Of a stretch of DNA of 64,000 nt, positions 14,563-28,864 are shown one piece after another. The translations under genes were made by a program, and so were the position numbers. Source of the DNA: Octopus bimaculoides (lineage: Eukaryota). The number at the start of each line of letters is the position of its first letter. The first letter of the stretch is position 1. The notes below the pieces were generated by a model. That model did not search any database. It worked only from the letters and a program-made list of their open reading frames with translations, and was not told where the DNA came from. The stretch is taken from contig NC_069001.1 of assembly GCF_001194135.2 (NCBI RefSeq), forward strand, positions 8,269,906-8,333,905, in the 5' to 3' direction.

Positions 14563-14840
14563 TGAAGGTGCATGGTCTAGTTGTGAGAGTATTGCACTTA
14601 CAACCTAAAGATCATGGTTTTAATTCCTAGACTGAGCAGCGCATTGTGTTCTTGAGCAAAACACTTCATTTCACATTGCTCTAGTCCACTCAGCTGTAAA
14701 GGGGTAACCCTGCAATGGACTAGCCTTCAAATTGGAGGAATGTTGGCCTGCTGATCTAGCCAGAGGAGTGGCATCATTTGAAAGCCAAAACGATGCAAAG
14801 TGCATTGTCATCAGTGATGTATAACATCTGATAGTCTGGT
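14563..14840 (+). mobile_element. tRNA-derived SINE family C (V-domain-like centre), diverged
   Basis: Head ggtgcatggtctagttgtgagagtattgcact...catggttttaattcc, then gtgttcttgagcaaaacacttcatttcacattgctctagtccactcagctg and ccctgcaatggactag. Domain assignment is inference. Confidence 0.55.
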
Positions 14841-14862
14841 GGATCAGGTGACACACAGGCAT

Positions 14863-14922
<60 letters not shown>

Positions 14923-15766
14923 GCACGTAACTATAGAACACTTGTAAATCTATGTTACTATTAGTTTCAGGGAATTCCACTTAGTCAAGTTACTGTTGTC
15001 AGATGTGGGTTAACACCTCTCTGAGTACATAAGGAGCAACTTTTACTTTAGTTTTGTGTACTCTGAGTATCCTGCTTATTTTATCTTGGGAAAACACATT
15101 TGCTTATTTTAAAAGAGAGACATAATTTATGGCTTTAAAAGGAATCACTTGAGAATAATGGACATTTTACATATGCTCTCTCTCCTTTCTCTACATATTC
15201 TGCTGCGACAACAGCGATTTCTGCTCATCAGAACTGGCTGATCTCTTGACATCTCTACTCAGGCACTTACTACTTACTCATCTCTTCTCCTCTCCTTGCC
15301 CATATTGTACCTCTCAGACTTAGTCACCAAGTTTCCCATTAAGCATTAGACTGTCTTTCCTCTGAAGAATATTGGCTGTCTCGAATTTCCGATCTGCATA
15401 TGTTTTTCTTGCAGCTGTCATCTTGCAACAGTTCTAGCAGAATGTTAATGGCACCAATGTTGCAGGTGTGGATGGCTAGCAAACACCTTGAGAACAGTTT
15501 CCTCCAGACTCCCTAAAAGCAATGCTATAATGCACTGTCTTAAATATTTTAAATCGATAATTCATTAAAGATATTTTATATGTTTTGGCTGCTTTACAAT
15601 GACTGCAGGTGTGGCTGTATGGTAAGAAGCTTGCTTCCCAACCACAGGGTCCCAGGTTCAGTCCCACTGTATGGCATCTTTGGTAAATGTCTTCTACTAT
15701 AGCCTCGGGCTAACCAAAGCCTTGTGAGTGGATTTGGTAGATGGAAACTGAAATAAGCCCGTCGTA

Positions 15767-15816
<50 letters not shown>

Positions 15817-15829
15817 TGTGTGTCTGTTG

Positions 15830-16110
15830 TCCCATGCTGGCATGGGTTGGACAGTTTGACTGGGCTGGCATGCTGGAAGGCTGTGTCAGGATCCAGTCTG
15901 ATTTGGCATGGTTTTCTATGTTTGGATGCCCTTCCTAATGCCAACCACTCCGAGAGTATAATGGGTGCTTTTACATGCTACCGGCACAGGTGCTGTTTGT
16001 GTGACACTGGTATCTGCCACGACTGCGATTTTGCTTGGCTTGATGTGTCTTCTCAAGCATGACAAAGGTCTTGGTCATTGCCTCTGTGAGATGCAACACT
16101 CAAAAGGAGC
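15830..16110 (-). mobile_element. RTE-type LINE 3' fragment
   Basis: Shares ccatgctggcatgggttggac, ggatgcccttcctaatgccaaccac and ggtcattgcctctgtgag (minus-strand LTEAMT) with the 56.8-58 kb copies. Confidence 0.7.
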
Positions 16111-16309
16111 TCAGCCATTTTTGCCTATATATAGTTGAAATTTATGGACAAACAAAAGATGAAGACAGGTGTATGAACAACAAGCAGGTGTATTAATTTG
16201 ATGTTCAGGAAAGTGAGAAAGTCTTTGAGAAAGTCAAACTGTCCAACCCATGGAAAACAGACGTTAAATGATGATCATGATGACAGATGTATTGCTACAA
16301 TAATTTTGT

Positions 16310-16500
16310 TTAGCCCTAGGTCAGCCCTGGTTGAACAAACTGATAACCAAAGGCTTTCTAGCCATTACCAACAGTTCTTGTTTACAGGAATAGTGTATCT
16401 ACGGTTATATAATCCAATGTGTTCTTTTTTAAGAGAAGAGAATATGGTTTGAGGGGAGACTCGCTTACTTCTTCTAGCAGGTCAATCAATCGCGACAGCT
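16310..16500 (+). repeat. Unclassified ~200-bp dispersed repeat (representative copy)
   Basis: Motif chain ttagcccc/taggtcagccctg...gacctatgatcaaagg.attccag...gtgtgatttgagggagatttggctgctatttctagcagg. Also seen at ~7650, 11450, 16950, 18000, 26260, 27400, 30610-31140, 31740, 33080, 35850, 45030, 46350, 48410, 50760, 56480, 59760, 60550 and 61840, in both orientations. Confidence 0.7.
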
Positions 16501-16862
16501 CCCTCCCCACCTCATCAACAATAATGTTTGTTATATTGCTGTTTGTGGAAACACTGAAACAGTAGTTGTAGTGTTTCTCTCTGCACCATTCTTGTTCACA
16601 TTCTTGAGTACTTCCTAAACAACACTATTTCTGAATGACTGCTCTTTCTCAGTCACTCTCTTCTCCCCCTCCCTTTTTCTTTGTCTCTCTCTTGCATTTG
16701 TTAAAATCCAAAAGACAATTCCAAGTGGCTTGCCATTTTTCAATTAAGTAGCTTTCCTATCCCTCCTATAAAATGTTTACACTTGACATTTAAAACTAAT
16801 ATTAAATGAAAGTTTACTAGTTTGCCTCCTCCCTCTCTCTCCTTGCTTTCTTTCTTTCTTAA

Positions 16863-16893
<31 letters not shown>

Positions 16894-18394
16894 ATATAGT
16901 TCTTAGAACATCTCTTTCTTCTTGCATTCATTGACATGCAGGTCTTCTGGGATTTGGCTGCTATTTCTAGCAGTTTTAGTGACCATGTAGAGATTCTCCC
17001 ATTGACATGTAAAAGAAAAAGCTTACAGCACTGGGTTTTTAAAAATGTTTTTGTGGTCACCAATTGACCTACAGCTGTTCATATTGAACATGAACCTACA
17101 CTGATTTCATTATTCTTGGAGGAGCTGTAAATTCCACAAGGCACAGCTCCCCTATTTTTGATTAACTTAGACAGAAAAAGAAATTCTCTGTCAACACTTG
17201 CATGGCTGTTTCTTTAAAGTGTGGCCACAGTCAAAATGACTGAAACAAGTAAAGGAATAAAAGAATATTCCTGGATTCCTTTGTGAACCCCAGGGTGGGA
17301 ACTGCTGGCATAGATGTTCACATTTTGGCTTGATAGGGAATGAATGATACTTGCTAAATCCAGAAAGTTTTCCCTTTTTTTTTTAATCATAAAACATGAG
17401 CGGTCCCAGATTTATAGGTGAGGGGTGGCAGGAAACCACAGGAGTGATGTATACTGCTTCTCTCTGTTTTGAGAGAGAGAGAGAGAAAGAGAGTGAGCAT
17501 CTGAAAACTGGGTCATAGATATTTGTCTCTCTTTAGCTCTGTTTCTCTCTGCTCTACTCTGAGTAGATGGCTAGCTCTCATTTGAAACCCATTGAGAAGT
17601 TTTAAGTAGAAAGAGTCAATGAAACAATTACACAGTTTTACTTATTTAATAAGTTGGGAGACACTTTTTTTTATTTAATCATTTCATTTCATTTAAAAAT
17701 ATTTTCATAATCTCATTTAGTTTGAATTAGAGGAGGAGGCTTAGAGTGGTGTGGAAGGGTAGTGTGTTTATAACATTCATGAATCAGAGGAGGGAGATGT
17801 AGTGAGAGTGGAGAGGAGGCTGGGATAGAAGGGGTGATGAAAGTCTGTTCTTCCAGTGTCTGTTGGCTCCTCTTAACCTACATAGGTGTTTCTACATTTA
17901 TTTATTCATTTCCTACTGTTGCCAACTGAGAAGCCTGTCTACTGCATGTGGTTGTTCAACTTGCTAGAAATATCAGCAAGTATCCCTTAAATCACACCCT
18001 ACCAACCTTAAAAAAAAAAAGAAAAAAGGGAAGGACACATTGGAAGCTGTAGTCATAAATTACACTGTCAGAATTATAGACAGGGTGGAAGAGACCTTTG
18101 ATCATGGGTCTGCTATATGGGGTTACCAACAACTTTTGTCATGTCCCCTGCCCCCAGCCATTATGCCATATCAAGGATGAACTTCTTTTTTCTGTTTTAA
18201 AAAAAAAAATTTTTTTTTTTAATAATTTGGCCTCAAGTAGGGGTGGAAAAGGTTTTTAGTACTGAGGGACAAAGTGCGAGAGCATAAAAGAACTTGTGGG
18301 AACACATCTGTAGAGTTAATGATAATGAATCTTAAATTTTTACAAATTATACCAAGCAGTTATGCTTAGCCTTGCCTAGATTTAGTAATGACTG

Positions 18395-18440
<46 letters not shown>

Positions 18441-20092
18441 GTTGTATAGTGCTGCAAATTCTCATTTATTTTTGTTGATTTACAGTTCATATTACGTGAG
18501 TTAACTTGGTTGACAACACTCACTTGTAAGGTCACTTGCTAACAGAAATTTAGTACTTGTGAACCGCTGTCCTCTGCAAATTCGCATTCCATGAAAGTGG
18601 GAATCAAGCCCAAGAACTCTTGATTGCAAAACAAATTTCTTAATCATCCTTCAGCCATATTCTGTGCCCATGTAATACAATATTACATAGCTTCTAGACA
18701 AAAGTTTATTCACCAACATAGTATAACTCGTGACACATTGGTTCATGTTCTTTCTGTTTCTTCTATTATGACCACTACTATTGCTACTTTCAGCCAATAT
18801 GGAAGTCTTTATAGAGTCACTTGACCTACTAGAAATAACCAAAATAGGAAAAATTTGTTTTTCCACACACACACATGACAGGCTTCCACACAGTTTTCAT
18901 CAAGTAAATCCATTCACAACATATTAATTGGCCCAGGGCTATAGCAGAAGTCACTTGCCCAAGATGCCATGTTGTAGGACTGAAACTCTGTGTATGTGCA
19001 CGTGTGCGTTTGTGTTTTTTTTTTGTCTCCCTACCATCGTTTGAAAACCCGGTGTTGGTTTGTTCATGTTACCATAACTCAGCGGTTTGGTAAAAGAGAC
19101 ATGTAGAATAAGTACCAGACTTTAAAATAACTACTGGGGTTGATTTGATTGACTAAACCTTTCAAAGCAGTGCTCCAGCATGGCTGCAGTTCATTTACTG
19201 AAGCAAGTAAAAAAATAAGAGATTTTAGATGCATTCTAGAGGCTAGGTCTTGTATGTTCTAATTTTGTTATGGTTTCTATGGCTGGATTCCCATTACCAT
19301 CCAATTTATAGAGTGTACCAAGTACATTTTCTTTGTGGCACCAGCACTGGAAAGGTTGTCATGCCTCTGGCAAGACTAAAGGATTCTCTTCATGTTGTTT
19401 CTGTTTGTTCACTGGCGCCAGAAGGGTTATCTTGTCTCTGACAAGACTTAAGGAGAGTCTCCTATGTGTTGTTTCCATTTGTGAGAGGGAGGGAGGGAGA
19501 GATGGAAGAGGTTCATAGGAAAAAGGAGAGGTGGTGGTGGTGGTGGTGGGGGCTAGGATGACAGGAATGGTAGGAAAGGAAGAAGAAATAGTAATGGAGG
19601 AGAGTGGTAGGAGAATGCCTGGGTGAAAGAAGTAGGAAGGCAGAGAAGAAGATTAAAAGGGTGTGAGATAATGATAGAAGGAAGACAGGGTGATGGAAGA
19701 AGGAGAAAGAGAGTAAAAGAAGAGGGAAAGAATATTTAAAGAGAACAAGAGATATAATGGTAAAAAGTAACCAGTTGATTGGTGACAGAGAGACTTGATA
19801 TGAGTATAAATTGGCAAGAAAGATTGAAATGTGGGTGTTAAACATCCCAAACTTTATTCGTATTATTATTTTTTATGTTTGTTTTTCATGTGGGTTGGAT
19901 AGGTTTTTCCCCATTCCAGTACAACATTTTGCCTCTTGTGTTCATCTTTTGTCATCATCTTGATGAGGTCCAGCTTCTTGAGATCTGTCTTCATCAGTCT
20001 TCTTATTTACCATCTTCCACAGATTCTTTCTTCCAGTTATGTATATATGCTTATACACACGCACACACACACACACACATTTGTACATACCT

Positions 20093-20275
20093 CTTTTACT
20101 TTTTTACTTGTTTCAGTCATTTGACTGCGGCCATGCTGGAGCACTGCCTTCAGTCGAGCAAATAGGCCCCAGGACTTATTCTTTGGAAGCCTAGTACTTA
20201 TTCTAAGTTACGGGGACGTAAACACACCACCATCAGTTGTCAAGCGATGCTGGTGGGACAAACACAAACACACAC

Positions 20276-20310
<35 letters not shown>

Positions 20311-20525
20311 CGACAGGCTTCTTTCAGTTTCCATCTACCAAATTCACTCACAAGGCTTTGGTCGGCCCGAAGCTATAGTAGAAGACACTTGCNNNNNNNN
20401 NNCAAGGCTTTGGTCGGCCCGAAGCTATAGTAGAAGACACTTGCTCAAGGTGCCACGCAGTGGGAATGAACCCAGAACCATGTGGTTGGTAAGCAAGCTA
20501 CTTACCACACAGCCACTCCTACACC
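20093..20525 (-). mobile_element. tRNA-derived SINE family A (CORE-like centre, internal TA/CA microsatellite); little-diverged copy split by a 10-N gap
   Basis: Minus strand: head gctgtgtggtaagtagcttgcttaccaaccacatggttctgggttcattcccactgcgtggcaccttgagcaagtgtcttctac, then a microsatellite, then tail ...ccagcatggccgcagtcaaatgactgaaacaagtaaaaaag. Related copies at ~410-780(+), 826-1051(-), 10190-10520(-), 14320-14490(-), 15605-15790(+), 25167-25520(-), 34430-34720(+), 35600-35770(-), 40966-41070(-), 43526-43890(+), 48243-48355(-). Confidence 0.85.
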
Positions 20526-21043
20526 TATATAAATATAAAATTTCGATATATATATATACATATAATCTCAAAATACAAAAACTAATTATAGTAAATTGCA
20601 ATTTATTCTTACTTCAGGTCATAATGTTTATAGGATAATAGTGAATAAAGAAGTAACATAAATTAAATATATTATGGTGAGAAAAGAAAAAGAAAGTTGT
20701 GCAGTTAACAATTTTCAAATTATTTTTACTAGAAATGAACAATCAAGTGATGGTTTATTCTTATGGATTAAGAAAGAATTTTTGATCCTATATCTAGATA
20801 CATTTTAGGTTCTCATTAAAACACAGCTATCATAATAATTATTATTTCTGACTTGTTATGTTACTGTGTTTCAGTCAGTCCGACAAACTAGATTACTTCC
20901 AGTTAATTAGACCCCATTGTTATCAAAATGATTTAGGCTTGCACTTATATAAGAATTCTTTAAACTGACTGAAATTCCAAGAATTCCTTTTATATTTTAT
21001 TGTTGCATTCAGGGAATGTTTTCATTTAACTCAGGCTAAAGCT

Positions 21044-21080
<37 letters not shown>

Positions 21081-22468
21081 NNNNNNNNNNNNNNNNNNNN
21101 NNNNNNNNNNNNNNNNNNNNNNNNNNNNNNNNNNNNNNNNNNNNNNNNNNNNNNNNNNNNNNNNNNNNNNNNNNNNNNNNNNNNNNNNNNNNNNNNNNNN
21201 NNNNNNNNNNNNNNNNNNNNNNNNNNNNNNNNNNNNNNNNNNNNNNNNNNNNNNNNNNNNNNNNNNNNNNNNNNNNNNNNNNNNNNNNNNNNNNNNNNNN
21301 NNNNNNNNNNNNNNNNNNNNNNNNNNNNNNNNNNNNNNNNNNNNNNNNNNNNNNNNNNNNNNNNNNNNNNNNNNNNNNNNNNNNNNNNNNNNNNNNNNNN
21401 NTTACACATACACACGTATGTGTGTATGAAAACATTTTTGTCTTTTATTCTTTTGGTGGGGGTTGATAATCAAAATACTTGTCCAGGACAGAATTGTGTG
21501 TGTGTGTGTGTGTGTGGGTGGGTCTTCTGCAAATACTTGACAATCTCACTAGTGCTGGTGCCACGTGGAAAAAAAAAAACAAAAAAAAAACACCCAATAC
21601 ACTCTGTAAAGTGGTTGAAATGGTTGGCATTCGGGAGAGCATCCAGTTGTAAGAACCATACCAAAGCAGATAATAGTTTGTTATGACTGGTAGACCATGA
21701 ACTTTTTTGAGAAGAGAAAACTTGTAGTTTCTCTATCCCTGAGGGAGATGGTCTGAAGATAGCATTTGTTATCAGTTTGAGACAGGTAGCAGTGGTCTGT
21801 TAACTGTAGTGGCATTTGTGATCTGATTAGGGTGATAGAATTTGTTTTATTGAGTGGAGTGATATTTGTAGTGTGTTTGGGGTGGTAGAATATGGTCTGC
21901 TTAATGAAGCGGCCTAAATCTAACCCTCTATCATTTCTGTTGGTTTGGAAATCTTATCTGTGAATCATCTATATTTGTTAACTTTCAGTCACTCTTTTGT
22001 GTATTCCTTTCTCTTGGTGACCAAGCTAAACTTGTAGCTGACAAAAGAGTTTACAGAACCCAAGACAATAAATCAAAATGTCAAATAAGCAGAGTGTGAA
22101 AGTGTGACATGAATATATATATATATACAAATAATATACACATGCGTGTGGGTGATAGTGTTTGCATTTCCTTGTTTTCACATTGTGTGATGGCTGTAAA
22201 TGGATGTGTTACTACTGTGCAAGTGGTGTCCTTAGTTTCCACGAAAACATGTTGAACCATGGGGAAATATTACTTTGCTTGGAAACAGGTGACAGTTAGC
22301 GACAGGAAGGGCTTCAACTGTCAGATGTTCACCTCAGTGAATTTCTGTCTGATCTATGCAAGCATGGGAACATTGGCTTCTACCTCTCCCACAGAAGTAT
22401 AGCTTTGTCTGATATGTCATAGTACTTGACAGTCTGATAGCTATGGAGTAAAGTTTGTAACTATCATT

Positions 22469-22499
<31 letters not shown>

Positions 22500-22646
22500 C
22501 GTGTGTGATACATTTGCTGAGTGTTGTCTGCAACTCTTCCTTTCAGGATCAATAACATAAAGTACCAGTTGAGCGCTGGGGTTGATGTGATTGACTAGCC
22601 TCTGCTTCATAGATTGCAGGTCTTTGAGCCTAAAGTAGAAAGGATG

Positions 22647-22715
<69 letters not shown>

Positions 22716-22803
22716 TTTTCGGACAAAACCTTTTGTAACCTTCATCCTGTCTTTGTCCTTACATGTTTTTAATTGATATTAGCCCTTGTAGCCAATAAAA
22801 CAA

Positions 22804-22848
<45 letters not shown>

Positions 22849-22871
22849 TATTATTATTATTATTATTATTA
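22647..22871. repeat. (ATT)n tract at 22647-22712 and (AAT)n(ATT)n tract at 22806-22871
   Basis: Seen directly. Confidence 0.95.
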
Positions 22872-23104
22872 CCACCATCATTGAGCTGGTGTTTGAAGGA
22901 ATTTTGATTTGATGGAAGGATTTAAAATGGGAAGTTTTTATTGTAGAACCAAGGGGGCAGGGTTGCTATAAAAAGGACTAAGATTAACGGTGTAAGTATT
23001 CCTTATCTGAACAGTGGTATGGTATGAATGGCACATACTGTGCTATCATATCAAACACACTTTCTTTGAATGGAAGAAAAGTGCTTGATGGCACTCCCAT
23101 GTAT

Positions 23105-23146
<42 letters not shown>

Positions 23147-25034
23147 GAATGCAGTCTTGGTTGTGGTTAACCAATATGTATTTTTCAAGTTTGGTTTCAC
23201 TGCATGGCCTCTTAAATTGACTAAAACCTTTTGAATGAAATATGGTTGAGAGAACTTGTACAGAAGCTTGTCATGTGTGTGTGTGAGTGCCCTTGTTCAT
23301 GTTTACACCATGTCACAGCTAGTGCTGTTCATTCTTGTCTTGTAATATAGTAGTTTGCCTTGTGAATGAAATTGGTAAATGGAAACTGAAAGAATGGCTT
23401 GTGTATCTATTCATATATTGCTTATGTGTGATTGTATGAGTGCATGTGTTTGTATTTTCACTTTGTTATCTTGTCTTTATGTGATACTGCTTGGCAATTG
23501 GTGTTACTCTGTTTACATCCTTGTAACTGAATGGTTTGGCAAAATAGAAACTAATAAAGCAAGTACTTAACATGAAAAATATATACTGGGGGTATTTTAA
23601 TTCATTAAACTCTTCATGGTAGTGCCTCAGTGTGACCATCATCCAATTACCAAAATCCGTGTGTGTGTGTACCATAAATATTACACCCCTTTATATCAAG
23701 AAGACTGTTCTGATTTTTGACTCTATGGGTATACTGACACACACACACACACACACATGCACACACACACATGCATGCACACACACATGCATGCATGCAC
23801 ACACACATGCATGCACACACACATGCATGCACACACGGTCTCACGCACACACACGGTCTCACACACACACACAAGCCCTTGAAGACTAGATCTCTGTGAT
23901 TGGATGTTCTTGAAAAAATGCATGTTGATAAGAAAAATGTGGGTAGTGAAGGGAATCCAGAATGTTGACATGCCTGTATGTTCATGTGTGTGTGTGTATG
24001 TATATGTACACATATATGTGTGTGTATGTACAATTATATTTACCATACTCATGTACATTCATACCTGAAAAAGCTATCACAGTGGAAATTGTCTTGGGAG
24101 AAAATTCTCATAGACAATGTGTGTGAAAACAGAGTGCAGGGCTTTGAGTGATGTCATCAGACCATAGGTTGCAGTCACTTCTTTGTTGTTACACTTCATT
24201 AGCTATGGACACTGCATCTGTCATTCATAGCTCACTATGAAACAGGCGTTCTTATATTTAATCAGAAAATAGTACAATTGCTGATGTCTCTAAAGCTTGG
24301 TCAGGCTGGAATTAGCTAAGGGTACATGCAGCAGTGATGATTCAAATATATGTGTGGACAATTATATTTAACATATCTGTGTGCATTCAGATATGGAAAG
24401 ACCTTCACTGCGGAAATTGTCTTAGAAAAAATTCTCCTTATACATTGTTTGTGAGTGTATATGCATATCTGTGTGTTATCATCATAGATACATGCACATA
24501 TGTGTGTTTGTGTGTATATGTATGTGTATATATATCCTTGTCTCATATATTTTGGCACGCCTCCTAAAGCGGTTTCTGATATGTTTGTGACAATATAGTC
24601 TTTAAAACTGAGGAGGATGTGGTATGTATGTGAATGCATGTATGTATGGTTGGGTTGTGGGTTGGTATGCATGGGTGTATATTTGAGTGTTTATGGCTGT
24701 GGGTGTGTGTATAGTTGTCTATCTGTCTGTATGTATGTATGAAACATTAATTGTTGCTAGCAGTCAACCAAGTAGCTATTTAATACAATAAAACACTAAA
24801 CACTGAAATTTAGTGTCTTTATTCAAGTATCTTTTGAGTGTTTTTTTCTAAATTTTATTTCTATCCTATATTCATGTAAACAGTAGCATTGTTGTTAGAG
24901 GTTTTCAAATAGCCAGCCTCTACTCTGAATTTCTAAGCGTAACAAGTGACTGCGCAAGTGGATCAGAGTATTTTTTTTTAATTTGAAGTCAGCTGTTTTA
25001 TTTGTTTTGTCACTGATGTGTACAGTTTTCATTC

Positions 25035-25066
<32 letters not shown>

Positions 25067-26191
25067 NNNNNNNNNNNNNNNNNNNNNNNNNNNNNNNNNN
25101 NNNNNNNNNNNNNNNNNNNNNNNNNNNNNNNNNNNNNNNNNNNNNNNNNNNNNNNNNNNNNNNNNCTTTTACTCATTCCAGTCATTAGACTGCGGCCATG
25201 CTGGGGCATTGCCTTGAAGAACCTGTGGTCAGATGTATCAAACTCGATACTTATTCTTTTCTTTGTAAGCCTAGTACTTACTCTATCGGTCTCTTTTGCT
25301 GAACCATTATGGGGACATAAACACACAAACACTGGTTGTTAAGCAGTGGTGGGGAACACACACACATGTATGATGGACTTCTTTCAGTTTTCGTCTACCA
25401 AATTCAGTTAGAAGGCTTTGGTCAGGCTATAGTAGAAGACACTTGCCCAAAGTGCCATGCAGTGGGACTGAAATCAGAACCACATGGCTGGGAAGCAAAA
25501 TTCTTACCACACAGCCATTCCTGCTCCTATGCGAGATGTTTTTTTTTGTTTTTGTTTTCATGTTTCACCTACTCTTACTATTCCCCATCTCGCAACTCAC
25601 CATGTTTTTTTTTTGTCTCCCCACATGCTGTAGTGTTTTGTCTGGTCCTCCATCTATTTGAGCCTTGGTTTTGTTGCTGGCTGTAGTTCTGTATAACTCT
25701 TCCTCTTTTAGAAATCATTGCCTCACAATACAGAGGTGCTGGCTAACTGTTGTACTGCCTGTCATCTTCTTTGAGTGTGTGTGTGTGTATCTTTCTTTCT
25801 TTCTTTCTTTATTAATTAATTAAAAGTGAGTTTGTAAGGATATATTACCCAGGCGGATACCATGTTGGCTCTCTGTTTGGTTGCAGATGCCAGCTGACCA
25901 CAATGGTCATTATCCAATGACAGTGCAGTACTTACAACAAATTGTTAGTCACTAGTAAATTCTCGTGTTCTGTAATTCCGTGTGTGCTACTCAGGACTGT
26001 AAAGATTCCTTATAGTGTATAATAATATTATTAATATTATTATACACTCCTTATTATATATATATAGATAGATATGTTTATGTATATATGTGCATAAATA
26101 TATATATATATATGTTTGTATGTATGTGTATGATATATGCTTATATGTATGTATATTAATATTTATGAATGTATATAAGTATGTGTGTGTG

Positions 26192-26222
<31 letters not shown>

Positions 26223-26369
26223 GGAGTATTTTTATTTGTTTAGATAGAGGTCAGTTGTGATCTAACAGATCTACGATCAAAGGTGTTCTTTGTTTTTGAA
26301 GACAGGAGGGGGTATTTTTAAAGAAATTTGCTAGATATTTTTAGTGGATTGTGTGACCATGAGCTCTCT

Positions 26370-26410
<41 letters not shown>

Positions 26411-27031
26411 TGTGTTTGTATGTGTATGGAAGTGTATAGATAATCATTTAGGTTTACAAACAGGAAGAAAATGTACTCAACATGAAAGGTAGTGTGTGTA
26501 AGATATTTTTGGGGAGCTGAGTTATCTTGATTCATAACTTCAAATTTTACATTGCTGATAGCTGAATCGTGTTACTTTAATATTTAAGAATTTCATCAGT
26601 GGATCTTGCATCTTTGCATGTACTATACTGGGAAGATGCCAGCCACTAACTAAATGTTGATACAATATGACAGCCATATCTCGTACAACATTAACGATCA
26701 TATGAAACTGCTGTAATAAAGATAATTGATAGCTACACTCTGCTGATGTTTTTGTATGATTCATCACAGAACACACTATGCATCCTGAGTTCTGTTTGAA
26801 TACTGGTTCACCTGACCTTTAAATCAGGTGAACCAGTATTCAAGCAGTATACATATTAATGTATGTGTATAAACAAGGAACTCTCTATATATTTATTCAT
26901 TTTGCTAAAAATCAGACCTTTCCATAACATCAATCAAAGTTGAACTGCAGACTAAACAACACAACCACCTCCACCACCAGAGTCAGAAAGAAAGAAACAA
27001 ACAAAAAAATTTTTTTTTTTTTTCTTGTTTG

Positions 27032-27080
<49 letters not shown>

Positions 27081-27858
27081 TGTGTGTGTGTGTGTGTTCA
27101 TATCTACATAAATGTACATATGAATTCATGAACATTCCAGACTTCACCTTTCTTTGTCTCTTTCCCTCTCAAACCATTCCACCCGCCTTTTATGGATAAC
27201 ATAAGCCCAACAGGTTATGCATACTTTCATATGTGGAGCTTTTGGGTCTCCTTGTATATATGTTGTTCTGCAACTGCCCATTACTGAAAAAAACCCCCCA
27301 AAAAAACAGGTGACATACATCAGTCTGTAGAAAGCCATCAACTTTCAACGAAAGAGCCTTTATGCATTTGCTTGAACTATGAGAAATAGCAGTCAAATCT
27401 CCCTCAGATCACTCCCCAGCTAAACATTTTAAATAAAGAAAGACACATTGCACAATCCCGGATGCATTAAAAAAGAAAAGAAAAGAAAGATGAGATAGTT
27501 ATGGCTGCTGCTCTAGTAATTATTGGTCTGCAATATCAGGGTTTACCTGAGCTAAACAACAATAATCAACTCTCAGCTTTTGATCTTTTATCAAAGGTTC
27601 AATTCTTAGCAGTTGACATAGATTTGGTCATTGTTGTCTGTCTGTCTCTCAATTCACCTGGCTACCCAATTGCTTCCCCTCAACTCCACTACTACATCCA
27701 ATTTCCTTCCTCTTCAGTCCGTGTTCTATTATGCAATTTCTCCCTTTCTTAACATGGATATTCTATTTTATTGATCTTCATTTTATTGATTTCTCTCCTC
27801 TTTGCAATAACAATTTTCTATTCATAATTTTCTCTCTTACTCTGTATATGTGCATGTG

Positions 27859-27889
<31 letters not shown>

Positions 27890-28436
27890 CTGTATGCATG
27901 TATATATAAATATGTATGTGTATGCATGCATGTGTTTATGTTTATGTAAATGTGTATGTGTGAGGGCAGGGTTTGTGTTAATAAAAGATTCTTATTAGGA
28001 ATATATGTCAGTCTTTAATATGTTTTCCCCTACCATCTCCATCCATCACCTCTCCTCTTTACCCCTTCATTGATATTTGAACTATTGATCTTCTCTTTTT
28101 TCCTTCTTAACATCCATTACTTTAAAACGTCCCCCACCTTTCTTTCTAGTGTTATTTCACTCGGAATGATTTGTTCCCTCTTGCCTTTATGAGTCTGTCT
28201 TTCAGTCTCTTTTGTCTCTGTGGTCCTCCTTATTTGTCTTTATGGGTGTCTTACCACCACTGCCCTTCCCAATCACTATCACAAATACCACAGTCATTAT
28301 CATCATTACCATCGCTAATATTGGATCTTCATCGCATCATCATCATCATCATATCTCCATAATTGAACTGTATTACCATAATTATTAGCATTTGCTAGAA
28401 TCTTGAAAAGCTATATATGTTTGTGTGTATGTGTGT

Positions 28437-28472
<36 letters not shown>

Positions 28473-28864
28473 ATATATATACACACACATACACGCACAC
28501 ACACTCACATATGCATGCACATATATGCATCCAATATATCCAATATTCTAAATTGGTAAATTCACTGCCAAATACATAATTTGGTCAAATGTTGGAGGAG
28601 TTCAGGATTGATAAACTTGATTTTAAAAGTTCAGCCAGTATAAATATGTCTTTATTTATCGAACAGATGACCTATTATCATTATTGGATCTAGACTATCA
28701 TGATCACTGTATCTTCATAATTGAAGTGTGATTAATAATCATTGGTTAAGGGCTATGAGTTTATATCTTTAGGTTAATCTAGTTAGGTTTATTAATTAAT
28801 CAGTCCACCCTGTGCATGTTTGCACATCAGGCAGCAGCTCTCCTTCAGTGTCTTGGATTGTTTC

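Noticed and set aside
15190-15510. Possible LINE endonuclease remnant on the minus strand (IHTCNIGAIN)
   Set aside because: Only a faint resemblance to the TWNV motif; cannot be supported without a profile search.
20351-20442. Direct repeat caaggctttggtcggcccgaagctatagtagaagacacttgc on both sides of a 10-N gap
   Set aside because: Identical sequence flanking a tiny gap is an unmerged contig overlap, not a real duplication.
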